Under the pieces are notes generated by a model. It was given only the letters and a program-made list of their open reading frames with translations, did no database searches and was not told the DNA's origin. From IMG/VR virus record IMGVR_UViG_3300037155_000096: DNA of 64,000 bases. One strand, written 5' to 3'. Positions 44,332-53,016 of this stretch are shown in pieces. Each line of letters starts with the position of its first letter. Within the stretch, counting starts at the first letter, position 1. Position numbers and translations under genes: made by a program. Source of the stretch: a virus.

Positions 44332-45760
44332 TCGTAGCTCTTTTTTTATACATCGGTTGTCTATCCGTCAAGACATCATAATATCCATTCTGTTCTAACG
44401 CATTCGCTATCTCACTTATTCCAACGCTTCTGTGTACTCTGGACGGATTATATCCAGCCAGAATACTCTTACCCATTTCTGAATTTTCTTCAATCACTTT
44501 CATTGCATCAATCAATGTCATTTCATCTTTACCATGCTTAATCATCATTTCAGGTAGCCAACCTCTTGGTTTCCTAGTCGGGACATTGTCCCTGATTATT
44601 TTAGCTGCTGTCCTCGTGGTATTCTCGTAATGGTATCTTTCTTTCACCCATCCCGGCACCCACGCCAATTCTTCCTTAACCTTATCGTAGTTCTCGTAAA
44701 TGTGGCTGAGCATCTGATATGCTTCCAAGAACGTATCGAACTGATAGGGATAATCGTCAGGTAATAAGCCCTTATGCCAATCTTCCCTCTTAAAGACTCC
44801 AATAAGCCCTGCTGCCAGCATTTCCCATACGGAGACGGCAAAGAGTTCATGTGAACTCCAGAAAAGGAAGGCGTGAGCCTTTTCCATTACTCTCAACGCT
44901 TCTTCTCTCGACTCCAGCCGCAGAACCTGGATTGCATCATTCTTAATTAACTCTTCGGTGACGATGCTTCTCATCATAACATCACCCGTCGTAATCTGGA
45001 TATCGATTTTGCGTCCAGCCGCATAAAACTTATTATACAAATCAAGGATCTGATCGACATGCTTACTGCCGGTGAGCCTTCCTCTTAGCATTAACGTGAA
45101 CCTTTCATTTTTCACGATTGTCGCTGGATCGAAGGTTTCATTATATCCGGAGAAAACGAGTGCTGAGTTCTTTATGATTCCTTTTATCAGCGAGGGAGCC
45201 ACGAATGACTTCGCTGTTGTAATGGCCATCCTTCTACACATCGGGCTTTCCAATAAATTATATCCCATCGTTTCTCCCGCACTCTGAAGCATAAGCTCAT
45301 CATCGGATACTTTCGAGACTTCATTCGAATAATTGCTTCGCATGAGCAGTTCGAAATTAAAGAACGCAGGTGGGTATGTTTCGCCGCCGCCTACTAAAAG
45401 GATTCTTTTTACGAATATGGTCTTGATTGCTGATGTGGTTATCACCGCGTCCACCGGGAATTCTCCCAGCACCGGATGAAATCTCTTGAAGGTATCAATC
45501 GGGCAGTTTACTTCTTCCATGTCATATCGACTATACATGGGTACAAAAATGTCATGCACTCTTGGATGCACTGGTTCATATCTGTAAATGAACTTCTTGA
45601 ATTTGTCTTCAAGATTATTAGGCTCAGGAAGCAGTCTGTATATCGAAATATTTTCATCTGCCTCGCATAACGCCCTGCACCAATCACCGCTGATCAGATA
45701 TATACTGTCGGCATTCAGATTATTCGGATAATTGAACACCGGTACGAACAGAATTCTCAT
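44279..45760 (-). CDS. GT-B (GT4-like) glycosyltransferase 1
   Basis: MLRGRLTGSKH and WSSHELFAVSVWEMLAAGLIGVF motifs. Confidence 0.75.
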   Translation of the reverse strand: MRILFVPVFNYPNNLNADSIYLISGDWCRALCEADENISIYRLLPEPNNLEDKFKKFIYRYEPVHPRVHDIFVPMYSRYDMEEVNCPIDTFKRFHPVLGEFPVDAVITTSAIKTIFVKRILLVGGGETYPPAFFNFELLMRSNYSNEVSKVSDDELMLQSAGETMGYNLLESPMCRRMAITTAKSFVAPSLIKGIIKNSALVFSGYNETFDPATIVKNERFTLMLRGRLTGSKHVDQILDLYNKFYAAGRKIDIQITTGDVMMRSIVTEELIKNDAIQVLRLESREEALRVMEKAHAFLFWSSHELFAVSVWEMLAAGLIGVFKREDWHKGLLPDDYPYQFDTFLEAYQMLSHIYENYDKVKEELAWVPGWVKERYHYENTTRTAAKIIRDNVPTRKPRGWLPEMMIKHGKDEMTLIDAMKVIEENSEMGKSILAGYNPSRVHRSVGISEIANALEQNGYYDVLTDRQPMYKKRATNENTTAVSGELSAGESQ

Positions 45761-46911
45761 TCAAAGTCCTTCATTTTTCCTATCGTTTCCCAAATATTGT
45801 CAACTACCTTACCATAAAACTTATTAAACACCCATGTTCTCAGACCTTTCAACGGGACCAGCATCCTTTCATGGAATGCTATTTCAAATTCCTCGAACGG
45901 AATCTCTGGTTTCAATCCTCTGGCGTAAGCTATGAAGCGCATGATAGGATCTCTAAATCCGCCAAAATTAAAATCCTGACTGCATTTCGCTCCTTCCATA
46001 AAGAATAGCAATATCGGCAGGTTCTCCTCATCGATTCCGAAGTAGTTCTTAAACTCGGGCTCTCTTTCTTTTACTTTTTTCTTCCAGATATCCATCGTCT
46101 TTTTTCCATGTGCAGCATGGGTATCGAGCACGGTATAAGGCACTATGTCCTTGAACCATTCTCCGTGAGACGGGGATGTCAGATTATTTTCTATTTCAAC
46201 CGTGAATCCAGCCGCTTCCCTCCTCTGTCTGTCGAGACAATTATAAGGAACGCTTAAAGCCTGACCTTCACCCGCTAATGAATCCTGCTGATATTCGCAG
46301 TATGTCAGAATCCTCTTCAAGTTTTCATCTGTCTGAAATTCAGGGAACTCAGGACGTGAATAATTCGAGAATACCGGCTTATTGAACATCTGAATATGCG
46401 GATGCCGTTCTTTCATAGCTTTTATGTATGGATCTCTTTCAGCATATCTTGTAAATGCCTTCCATGCGTTGTTCGTGAGATCTCCGTCCCTGCATTTCTT
46501 GGACCTGGCTAATTCGCCAATCATCCAAGCCATGTCAGACCAGTTCTTATACGACCTTCCATTCTTACGGAAATCAGCGAACTCCAGAATCAATTCCGGA
46601 TTTGCTCCGCCAATATCCTCTACTAAAATCGTGTGGAGGCGTCTATACATGAACCACGGGTTTTTTATCCATGCTACGAATGCCAATCTTGTGGATCTCT
46701 CAACGTCGCATTGCCTGACCGCCTTCTGCATACCACAATAAGACATCCAGAATGCTGAATCGTTAACTGAGTCCGCTAAATCTTTCATTCTTTTTTTCTC
46801 GTTCTCATGGATGAGCTTTTCAGCTTCCTTTATTTCAAGTTCTTTCAGTTTATCGCTCTTAATCTCTGCCTTTGTTTTCAAAGCTTCATCATTGAATAAA
46901 TTCATCACCAT
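45757..46911 (-). CDS. MgsA/RarA C-terminal-lid-like helical protein (no Walker A)
   Basis: MQKAVRQCD...MYRRLHTILVEDIGGANP and LDTHAAHG motifs. Confidence 0.5.
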   Translation of the reverse strand: MVMNLFNDEALKTKAEIKSDKLKELEIKEAEKLIHENEKKRMKDLADSVNDSAFWMSYCGMQKAVRQCDVERSTRLAFVAWIKNPWFMYRRLHTILVEDIGGANPELILEFADFRKNGRSYKNWSDMAWMIGELARSKKCRDGDLTNNAWKAFTRYAERDPYIKAMKERHPHIQMFNKPVFSNYSRPEFPEFQTDENLKRILTYCEYQQDSLAGEGQALSVPYNCLDRQRREAAGFTVEIENNLTSPSHGEWFKDIVPYTVLDTHAAHGKKTMDIWKKKVKEREPEFKNYFGIDEENLPILLFFMEGAKCSQDFNFGGFRDPIMRFIAYARGLKPEIPFEEFEIAFHERMLVPLKGLRTWVFNKFYGKVVDNIWETIGKMKDFE

Positions 46912-46990
46912 ATTATCAGTTGTCCAACTTTATGTTAAATAGAGTGTTATGGTTAGGACATGCAAAATGCATGCCCGTCCCATATTTTAA

Positions 46991-47809
46991 TTATGCAGTA
47001 ACATACTCCTGACCGAACACTACCTGATCTGTTGACTTATCTATTGCAATCAGTTTCATGCCGAGACTGAGTTCAAGCGCCTTCAGTGAGTTCTTGACCA
47101 TACCTGCTTTTATTACAGGATCTGTCGCTACCAGTCCTGCATTATGCGAGAGATAATCGAGAGCCACTAACGAAAGGTTGTTACTCCTTACATCAGAGCC
47201 AGAAACTTCGCCAGCTAGTTTGATTGCGTCTTCAACGTTGTCAGCCTGAGCCTCATATAACTTAAACGAAACCATTCTTGCTGCCTTTTCAGCCGCTTCA
47301 GCTGGAAGCCCTTTCTTTTCAGCAAAGAATTCAGCAGCCTTTTGAGAAACCTCAGTAACAGTCAAGTTAATGCACTGTTTAACCCAGTCATCAACGTTCT
47401 TCGGATCCACTACGCCGACCAGTTCCTTACATTTACTCCAACCAAGTGGTGATATCTTCCTGATTGTTTCTTCATCAGCTACTTCGACTGCGAAATAGTG
47501 ATAAATCTGCATGAGGTACTGGGTTTTCCTTATTCCGTACCCGAGCTTTTCCTCAACGAAACTTCTCCAGTCCGTGAAACCGAATTCCAGATAAATCTTG
47601 TTGTCAAGAATCTTTCTGAACAGGCCACCCATCTCGAAATATGTTTCATCAATCGAGTTTCTCAAATCGAGCAATCTTTCCAGCATTTGCTCGCTGGAAG
47701 CGCTACAACTATCTTCAACTCTTTTTATCAGACCGAAGGAAATACTTTCTCCGGCTACTCTAACCGCTTCTGTGGCGGCACCTTTTTTAGCCATGACTTT
47801 CTCCATCAT
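46991..47809 (-). CDS. Hypothetical DNA-binding protein (DUF3102-like)
   Basis: YFEMG..F..I...YLEFGFTDWRSFVEEKLGY..RKTQYLM..Y, LGWSK pattern. Confidence 0.4.
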   Translation of the reverse strand: MMEKVMAKKGAATEAVRVAGESISFGLIKRVEDSCSASSEQMLERLLDLRNSIDETYFEMGGLFRKILDNKIYLEFGFTDWRSFVEEKLGYGIRKTQYLMQIYHYFAVEVADEETIRKISPLGWSKCKELVGVVDPKNVDDWVKQCINLTVTEVSQKAAEFFAEKKGLPAEAAEKAARMVSFKLYEAQADNVEDAIKLAGEVSGSDVRSNNLSLVALDYLSHNAGLVATDPVIKAGMVKNSLKALELSLGMKLIAIDKSTDQVVFGQEYVTA

Positions 47810-48181
47810 TTATTTTGTTTCTAAAATTTCTTCTTCAACCTCTACCGCTTTGGTATCAGCTGCAAACGCCAGCAATTCCTTGCCCATCAATGTTGAACCG
47901 AATATCACTTCCTTAGCTCTTACTTCAAGGAATACTGAATCATCATTTGATTTTTTCCTGTCCATGAGTTCACCGGTGACTACGACATAATCGCTTTTGG
48001 CGACCTTGTCAGCACATTTTTTCGCAAGTGAACCATAAACGTTTACTCTAACCCAGATAGTCTCGTTATTACGCTGATCGATAGCCAACATCATCGAGAA
48101 AGCAGAAACACCTACTCCCGTTTTTCCGATATTGACAGAACCAACATTTCCTGACATCATCACAAAGTTCAAACTAACCAT
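47810..48181 (-). CDS. ssb: Bacterial-type single-stranded DNA-binding protein (no DDDIPF tail)
   Basis: LNFVMMSGNVG, WVRVNVYG.LA, VVVTGEL OB-fold motifs. Confidence 0.85.
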   Translation of the reverse strand: MVSLNFVMMSGNVGSVNIGKTGVGVSAFSMMLAIDQRNNETIWVRVNVYGSLAKKCADKVAKSDYVVVTGELMDRKKSNDDSVFLEVRAKEVIFGSTLMGKELLAFAADTKAVEVEEEILETK

Positions 48182-48200
48182 ACCTCATCTACTCCTTTTA

Positions 48201-49205
48201 TTATATTACCGTAGTCTTATCTACGAAGCCTTCCTGCTCTTGCAATTTGAAGCAGAGGCCACACATTGAACAATCTTTAGCTCTTTTTTCCGATTTATCC
48301 GGACAAGTTCTCTGGGGGAGAAACACCTGAGTCGTCGATTTTACTGACGATTCCACCGCATATATCGTATCGAGGCATCTTACCTTGATCTGATCGATGA
48401 TTGTTTCATCCCGCCTAATAATCTTTTCCTTCCAAGCCGGTTCATTCTTATTCATGTAAATCATTCTGAGGACGCTCAGCCCTGTCATATACATATAGGC
48501 ATTCGCCTGCCATACATAACCGGCACTTATTCCCCATCTTTCGACACCGTCGTAGCCTTCCATCCTTGCCGTTTTGAAATCGATTAACTGCATCTCGCCA
48601 GCATCGAATACAAACCCGTCCGGATGCCCGCCAAAATGAAGCTGATCTTCATAGTAGTAAAGCTCTTCGTATGTCAATCTTGTACTGCCGCAGCCCTTGC
48701 ATGTCCCTGGATGATGTATCAAACTTAGCTTATCCCCATGGACACGCCCACAATCATCGCATTTCCAGCAACCCTGCAGTATCTTCTGGAATATTTTATT
48801 CTGCATCCAATGATGCGCCAAATGTCCGTATCCGAAGACCGCACCAGTTGTCCAACTGACCGTTTCCGTCCTGATCTTGCCCTGCATGTGAACCATCAGT
48901 TCTTCTCTCGGGCAGAGTTTATACAAGTGACTTGCCCTCATATAAATCGAACCTGCCTTCATCGGAATCGAAATCTTCTCTTCACCGAAATATTCTTTCA
49001 GATGCTTCTTCATATCGAACCGAGTAGTGCTTGCTGTGGGCGCCACACCGCTTATCCGCGTAGGAACCACGAGACTCTTGGCATAAACCCTTCCTGGGAA
49101 CGGATCTATTATCACCGGAGCCGCTTTCGGAGTCGGAGCCAGATATACAATTTCACGCGGTGGCGGCGGACCAGTCGGTCTCATCACCGATAAGAAATTT
49201 TTCAT
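48201..49205 (-). CDS. Cas4-like PD-(D/E)XK exonuclease
   Basis: GHPDG...LIDFKT, QANAY, C-terminal CP..C..C..C cluster; extra CxxC pairs. Confidence 0.8.
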   Translation of the reverse strand: MKNFLSVMRPTGPPPPREIVYLAPTPKAAPVIIDPFPGRVYAKSLVVPTRISGVAPTASTTRFDMKKHLKEYFGEEKISIPMKAGSIYMRASHLYKLCPREELMVHMQGKIRTETVSWTTGAVFGYGHLAHHWMQNKIFQKILQGCWKCDDCGRVHGDKLSLIHHPGTCKGCGSTRLTYEELYYYEDQLHFGGHPDGFVFDAGEMQLIDFKTARMEGYDGVERWGISAGYVWQANAYMYMTGLSVLRMIYMNKNEPAWKEKIIRRDETIIDQIKVRCLDTIYAVESSVKSTTQVFLPQRTCPDKSEKRAKDCSMCGLCFKLQEQEGFVDKTTVI

Positions 49206-49552
49206 TTAGTATCCTTCTCTTTCTCTCTCCATGCTTCAAACAGAAGGTCGAACACATACATCGGTATTGCTATCCATTCGTTAGGCACTCTTGGCGGTGC
49301 GTTCAAAAACAGAATATCAAGAAGCGGATACTTATTAACAGCGTCCGCCTCTTTATCTATTTTCGTCAACCAAGCCAGCTTCATACTGATGCTGCTATTC
49401 TGCGTCTGCTTAGCCTCGCAGTGAAATCTTTTCGAGGTCGCATCACTCTTGAATTTATCATTAGCTCCGGACATCGGTTGTCTGTTACCCTCAATAATCT
49501 TCGCAAGTTTGCTTTCCTGTTTTTTTACCGTTCTATGATTGGATTCAATCAT
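49202..49552 (-). CDS. Small PD-(D/E)XK nuclease (Holliday-junction-resolvase-like)
   Basis: PMSGA...KSDA...CEAKQT. Confidence 0.75.
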   Translation of the reverse strand: MIESNHRTVKKQESKLAKIIEGNRQPMSGANDKFKSDATSKRFHCEAKQTQNSSISMKLAWLTKIDKEADAVNKYPLLDILFLNAPPRVPNEWIAIPMYVFDLLFEAWREKEKDTK

Positions 49553-50022
49553 TGAACCTCCTCTGACAGAACTTCATCCACGATTTCGGATAACGCTTCT
49601 TCGTTACGTTCATGCGCTATCCTGAGAGCTTCCTGAAGCACCTTGATCTCGGCTTCCAGTTCATTCTCTGTCATTTCCGTTATGTCCACCTTGATGGTCG
49701 CCCCAAGGGATCTGATTCTATTTCTGCCTATACGATAGCCCCAGAAATCATCCTCATCGCCCCTGAAGGTCAAATCGGTTTCTTCACCCGGAGATATCAC
49801 CTGAGAAATGAACTCCGCCATCATCTTATCGTGGTAATGCTTGTCACTCCATTCACCACTTGCCGGCTCTAAACTGCAAACGTTTCCATACATGTCGTGA
49901 GGAGTGACTACCACTACGTAATCGCCGGCAATATCCTTGTGTTCCGTGAAAATCATCTGGATCTCCGCTTCGGATAAATTCGAAGTGAACTCCGATGACG
50001 TCATCATGCTGCAATATCCCAT
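49549..50022 (-). CDS. Hypothetical protein
   Basis: 157-aa coupled ORF. Confidence 0.5.
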   Translation of the reverse strand: MGYCSMMTSSEFTSNLSEAEIQMIFTEHKDIAGDYVVVVTPHDMYGNVCSLEPASGEWSDKHYHDKMMAEFISQVISPGEETDLTFRGDEDDFWGYRIGRNRIRSLGATIKVDITEMTENELEAEIKVLQEALRIAHERNEEALSEIVDEVLSEEVQ

Positions 50023-50044
50023 ATCATTCTCCCTACTATATCAT

Positions 50045-50335
50045 TTATTGAACTGGCGCAACTTCCACCACTGGTAGTACACCAACTATATTATGTCTTG
50101 GAACGAAATACAGTGTTTCTCCATTTACCAGAAAAATTTCAAGACTGTTCGGGCGATAGACGATTGTATCGCCGACCTTCACAAAGTCCTTTACATCCCC
50201 ATCAGCACCAACTGCGACAACTTTCGCCTTGATCTCTTCCTGCTGGGTAACGTGGATGATAATTCCAGACTTCTGTTCTTCAGCTGCAATTTTCTCAATC
50301 TGAACACGATTATTCATAGGTGTCAGTAATAACAT
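50045..50335 (-). CDS. groES: GroES/Cpn10 co-chaperonin
   Basis: PMNNRV...KSGIII...VVAVG...VKVGDTIVY...IVGV. Confidence 0.9.
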   Translation of the reverse strand: MLLLTPMNNRVQIEKIAAEEQKSGIIIHVTQQEEIKAKVVAVGADGDVKDFVKVGDTIVYRPNSLEIFLVNGETLYFVPRHNIVGVLPVVEVAPVQ

Positions 50336-50536
50336 TTACATATCCTCCGTGAGATAACTCTCTTTTATTTTGTTTTTGATTTGCTCTTTGATCTGAGCCG
50401 TTAAAAATCTTTCGTAACCCGCGCCTGGCTCAAGTTCATCTCTGAACTCAATCCGTCCATCATCATACTGCTTATATAACCAGCGGTCTCCCAACCCCTG
50501 TATCTCGCAATACTTGAAGCCTTCTTTCGTTTCCAT
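50336..50536 (-). CDS. Hypothetical protein
   Basis: 66-aa ORF with SD AAGGA. Confidence 0.5.
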   Translation of the reverse strand: METKEGFKYCEIQGLGDRWLYKQYDDGRIEFRDELEPGAGYERFLTAQIKEQIKNKIKESYLTEDM

Positions 50537-50550
50537 ACGTATCCTTTCGT

Positions 50551-50865
50551 TTAACTTACATGATCCAAATTCGTACTCTCAACTCCCTGCTCTACTCTTT
50601 TCCTTGTTCGCATCTTCAGCAACTCAGAAGCCGTTCTCAGATTACCGAGCGCAAGCTCCGTTTCCTGATTCGGCAGTTTCGCATACATTATTTCCATTCT
50701 GTCAATCAGAACATCGAGGACTTCCTCGTTTGTTGTCCCATCATTCAAGGTGACAAAACTCTTCCCATCTGAACCGAGAACCTTCTCGATAAACTGAAGC
50801 CTTTGTGGGAAACTTCCATCCATCGAATCCAACTCGTAAAAATGACCTTCCGTTAGAACTTTCAT
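50551..50865 (-). CDS. Tad1-like (Acb2/Tad1 hairpin) anti-defence nucleotide sponge
   Basis: HFY...LQF...DGTTNEEVLDVLIDRM...ETELALGNLRTA..LL..R...R...V.STN matches the Tad1 pattern; start refined to ATG 50865 (SD AAGGAAGG). Confidence 0.65.
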   Translation of the reverse strand: MKVLTEGHFYELDSMDGSFPQRLQFIEKVLGSDGKSFVTLNDGTTNEEVLDVLIDRMEIMYAKLPNQETELALGNLRTASELLKMRTRKRVEQGVESTNLDHVS

Positions 50866-50932
50866 CGTATCCTTCCTTTTTATCTTATGATTTCGCAAAC
50901 GGTCCTTAATAACCGCCCGCACTTAATTGACT

Positions 50933-52252
50933 TTATAATGCTATTAGAAATTCCATCATTTCCGTTTTGTATAGTTCAAACACATCAGGATTCTTCAGGA
51001 ATATCGTGTCGATATCTTCCTGTTTGCTGCAATGCAAGAACGTATCCTCTTTCCCTGGAACTTCTTTGAGGATCTCATAATTCTTCCCGGTCTTAGCAAT
51101 GAAATTGTACTTGATACATAATTTTCTTAATGCTTCGACTTCATTGACATCGCCTGATCTTAAATATTCATTGTCCCTAATCATCATGGCGTAAGTGCCG
51201 GACATATTCGATGGACATACCTTGGACTTCACCACTCTAAAGTTCATATCAATGGATATCGGTTTATCGGTTTCCTTTTCCATGAGTGTTTTACCATGCC
51301 ACATCTTGACAGATAATGACTTAGCGAAACGCTGAGCCATTCCTCCGGGAACAATATTTGGATCTCCCATTACAAAGCCCACTTTTTGCCTATACTGCTG
51401 TATATACAAAATCGTTACAGGATTGTTGAACGTTCTCAGAGCGTATGTCTGACTGGATACCCACTTCCTCATAGCCAAGTTGACTAATTTGGCAAGCACT
51501 CCCATCGTCGCTTCATCAAATCCCTTTTTAATTTCTGTCATCGGTGTCATGGCTGCAATGGAATCAACGATGATTAAATCGACACTACCGGATCTTATCA
51601 GGGCGTCTACAATCTCCATAGCTTCCTCTCCGCTGACAGGCTGCGAGAGCAGCAAGCTATCTACGTCGCAGAAGTTAGCTGCCCACTTCTTGTCTATGGT
51701 ACCTTCCACGTCGACATACGCGCATAATAGTCCCTGTTTCTGAGCCTGTCCTATTACTCTTAAAGCCATCGATGTTTTCGAACTTGATTCATCTCCCACG
51801 AATTCGGTCAACCTTCCTTTTGGTATTCCGCCAAACGTAGCTATGTCAAATGCCATTACTCCCGAAGGAATCCTTTCCACCTGATACCATGTATCGGATG
51901 AAGCCACCGCCACTATTTTTCTTTCTGATTTGTCGCCTTCCGCAACGAATTTTTTATCAAGAGCCTTCATTACATCTTTCAGACCTAAAATCTTTTTGGC
52001 TATCTCAGCCTTGGTCTTTTTATCAATGATCGGCTCTCTTCCCAATATTTCACCCGTCTCGGTGATTACTCCCTTCTTAATCATTTCTTCAGCTACCACG
52101 CCCTCCGGTTCAATGGATCTTGTTTCCGTCAGTTCAGTAAGAACCTCCTCGATAGCCTTTCCAGCCACTTCCACCGCTACTTCCATAGCCTTAGTCTTCT
52201 CCGACTTAATCACCACTTTCGTTGGTTCTTTAATCTTTTCTACCTTTGCCAT
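50933..52252 (-). CDS. recA: RecA recombinase with ~100-aa charged N-terminal extension
   Basis: GGIPKGRLTEFVGDESSSKT, AYVDVEG, LLLSQP.SGEEA, IIVDSIAAM, PGG.A.RF, KSKVCP. Confidence 0.92.
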   Translation of the reverse strand: MAKVEKIKEPTKVVIKSEKTKAMEVAVEVAGKAIEEVLTELTETRSIEPEGVVAEEMIKKGVITETGEILGREPIIDKKTKAEIAKKILGLKDVMKALDKKFVAEGDKSERKIVAVASSDTWYQVERIPSGVMAFDIATFGGIPKGRLTEFVGDESSSKTSMALRVIGQAQKQGLLCAYVDVEGTIDKKWAANFCDVDSLLLSQPVSGEEAMEIVDALIRSGSVDLIIVDSIAAMTPMTEIKKGFDEATMGVLAKLVNLAMRKWVSSQTYALRTFNNPVTILYIQQYRQKVGFVMGDPNIVPGGMAQRFAKSLSVKMWHGKTLMEKETDKPISIDMNFRVVKSKVCPSNMSGTYAMMIRDNEYLRSGDVNEVEALRKLCIKYNFIAKTGKNYEILKEVPGKEDTFLHCSKQEDIDTIFLKNPDVFELYKTEMMEFLIAL

Positions 52253-52316
52253 ACTTCTCCCAATGTCTTACAAAATGATTTCTGAGCGCAACGCACTCGG
52301 TTGCGCCCTCTCTCAA

Positions 52317-53015
52317 TTACCAAGGCTTTTCTTCTTCTTCGACCTTTTTCTTACCACCGCTTGCCGTATCTTTTATTTCAGCTACATGCTCGGTGATTAG
52401 CGATTCAGTGTAATCCGCAATGACCTTGTAGAGTTCATCGACATCTTCTTTATAGCATGGCATTTCTACCATGATATCAACTCTTACCGATTCGAAATTT
52501 CCCATGTTCAGAGTAGCTCCGTATTTCACGGCAACCTTTGCTGGCTGAGTCAGGAACCTCATGATCGGAGTATCTAGCGTCTTGGTAGAAAACTTAGTTG
52601 GTTCTTCCTGTTTCGCGATGTGGTAACTACGTTCAATAGTTATCTGCCCTTTCATCTGTACCGGCACTATCTCGGGTTCAGGTACTTTACCCACTGTCTC
52701 GATTATTTTGCCAGCCGCAGTAACTACTTCCTTTCCCACTGGAGGCGTAATATGTTTTTCCGCCTCTACGACAGGAACTATTGCAGGTTTTGGATCTTCT
52801 TTCACAGCCGTCATAGCCTCCTTCAGCTTTTCTCCTGGACTTCCAAACGTCTTGCCCCAAGGTTTCTCACTATCCGGATTTTCCGGATCAAATTCTTTCG
52901 GATCAGCAGGTTCTTCTACATGACCAGCTTTCGGCTCGAATATTCCCACGTCCTCAAGTATGTCCGCTGCGGAACGTTTTTTTTCAGCACCTTCTTTCGG
53001 TGTTACTTTTGCCAT
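52317..53015 (-). CDS. Hypothetical protein
   Basis: Low-complexity N-half; GATLNMGNFESVRVD phage-type motif. Confidence 0.55.
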   Translation of the reverse strand: MAKVTPKEGAEKKRSAADILEDVGIFEPKAGHVEEPADPKEFDPENPDSEKPWGKTFGSPGEKLKEAMTAVKEDPKPAIVPVVEAEKHITPPVGKEVVTAAGKIIETVGKVPEPEIVPVQMKGQITIERSYHIAKQEEPTKFSTKTLDTPIMRFLTQPAKVAVKYGATLNMGNFESVRVDIMVEMPCYKEDVDELYKVIADYTESLITEHVAEIKDTASGGKKKVEEEEKPW

Positions 53016-53016
53016 C

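Noticed and set aside
46960-46990. CATGCA-AAA-TGCATG hairpin as a terminator or operator
   Set aside because: Short stem with no T-tract on the coding strand; weak evidence.
48201-49205. Cas4-like gene as part of a CRISPR-Cas system
   Set aside because: No repeat-spacer array or other cas genes; stand-alone Cas4-like nucleases are common in phage recombination modules.
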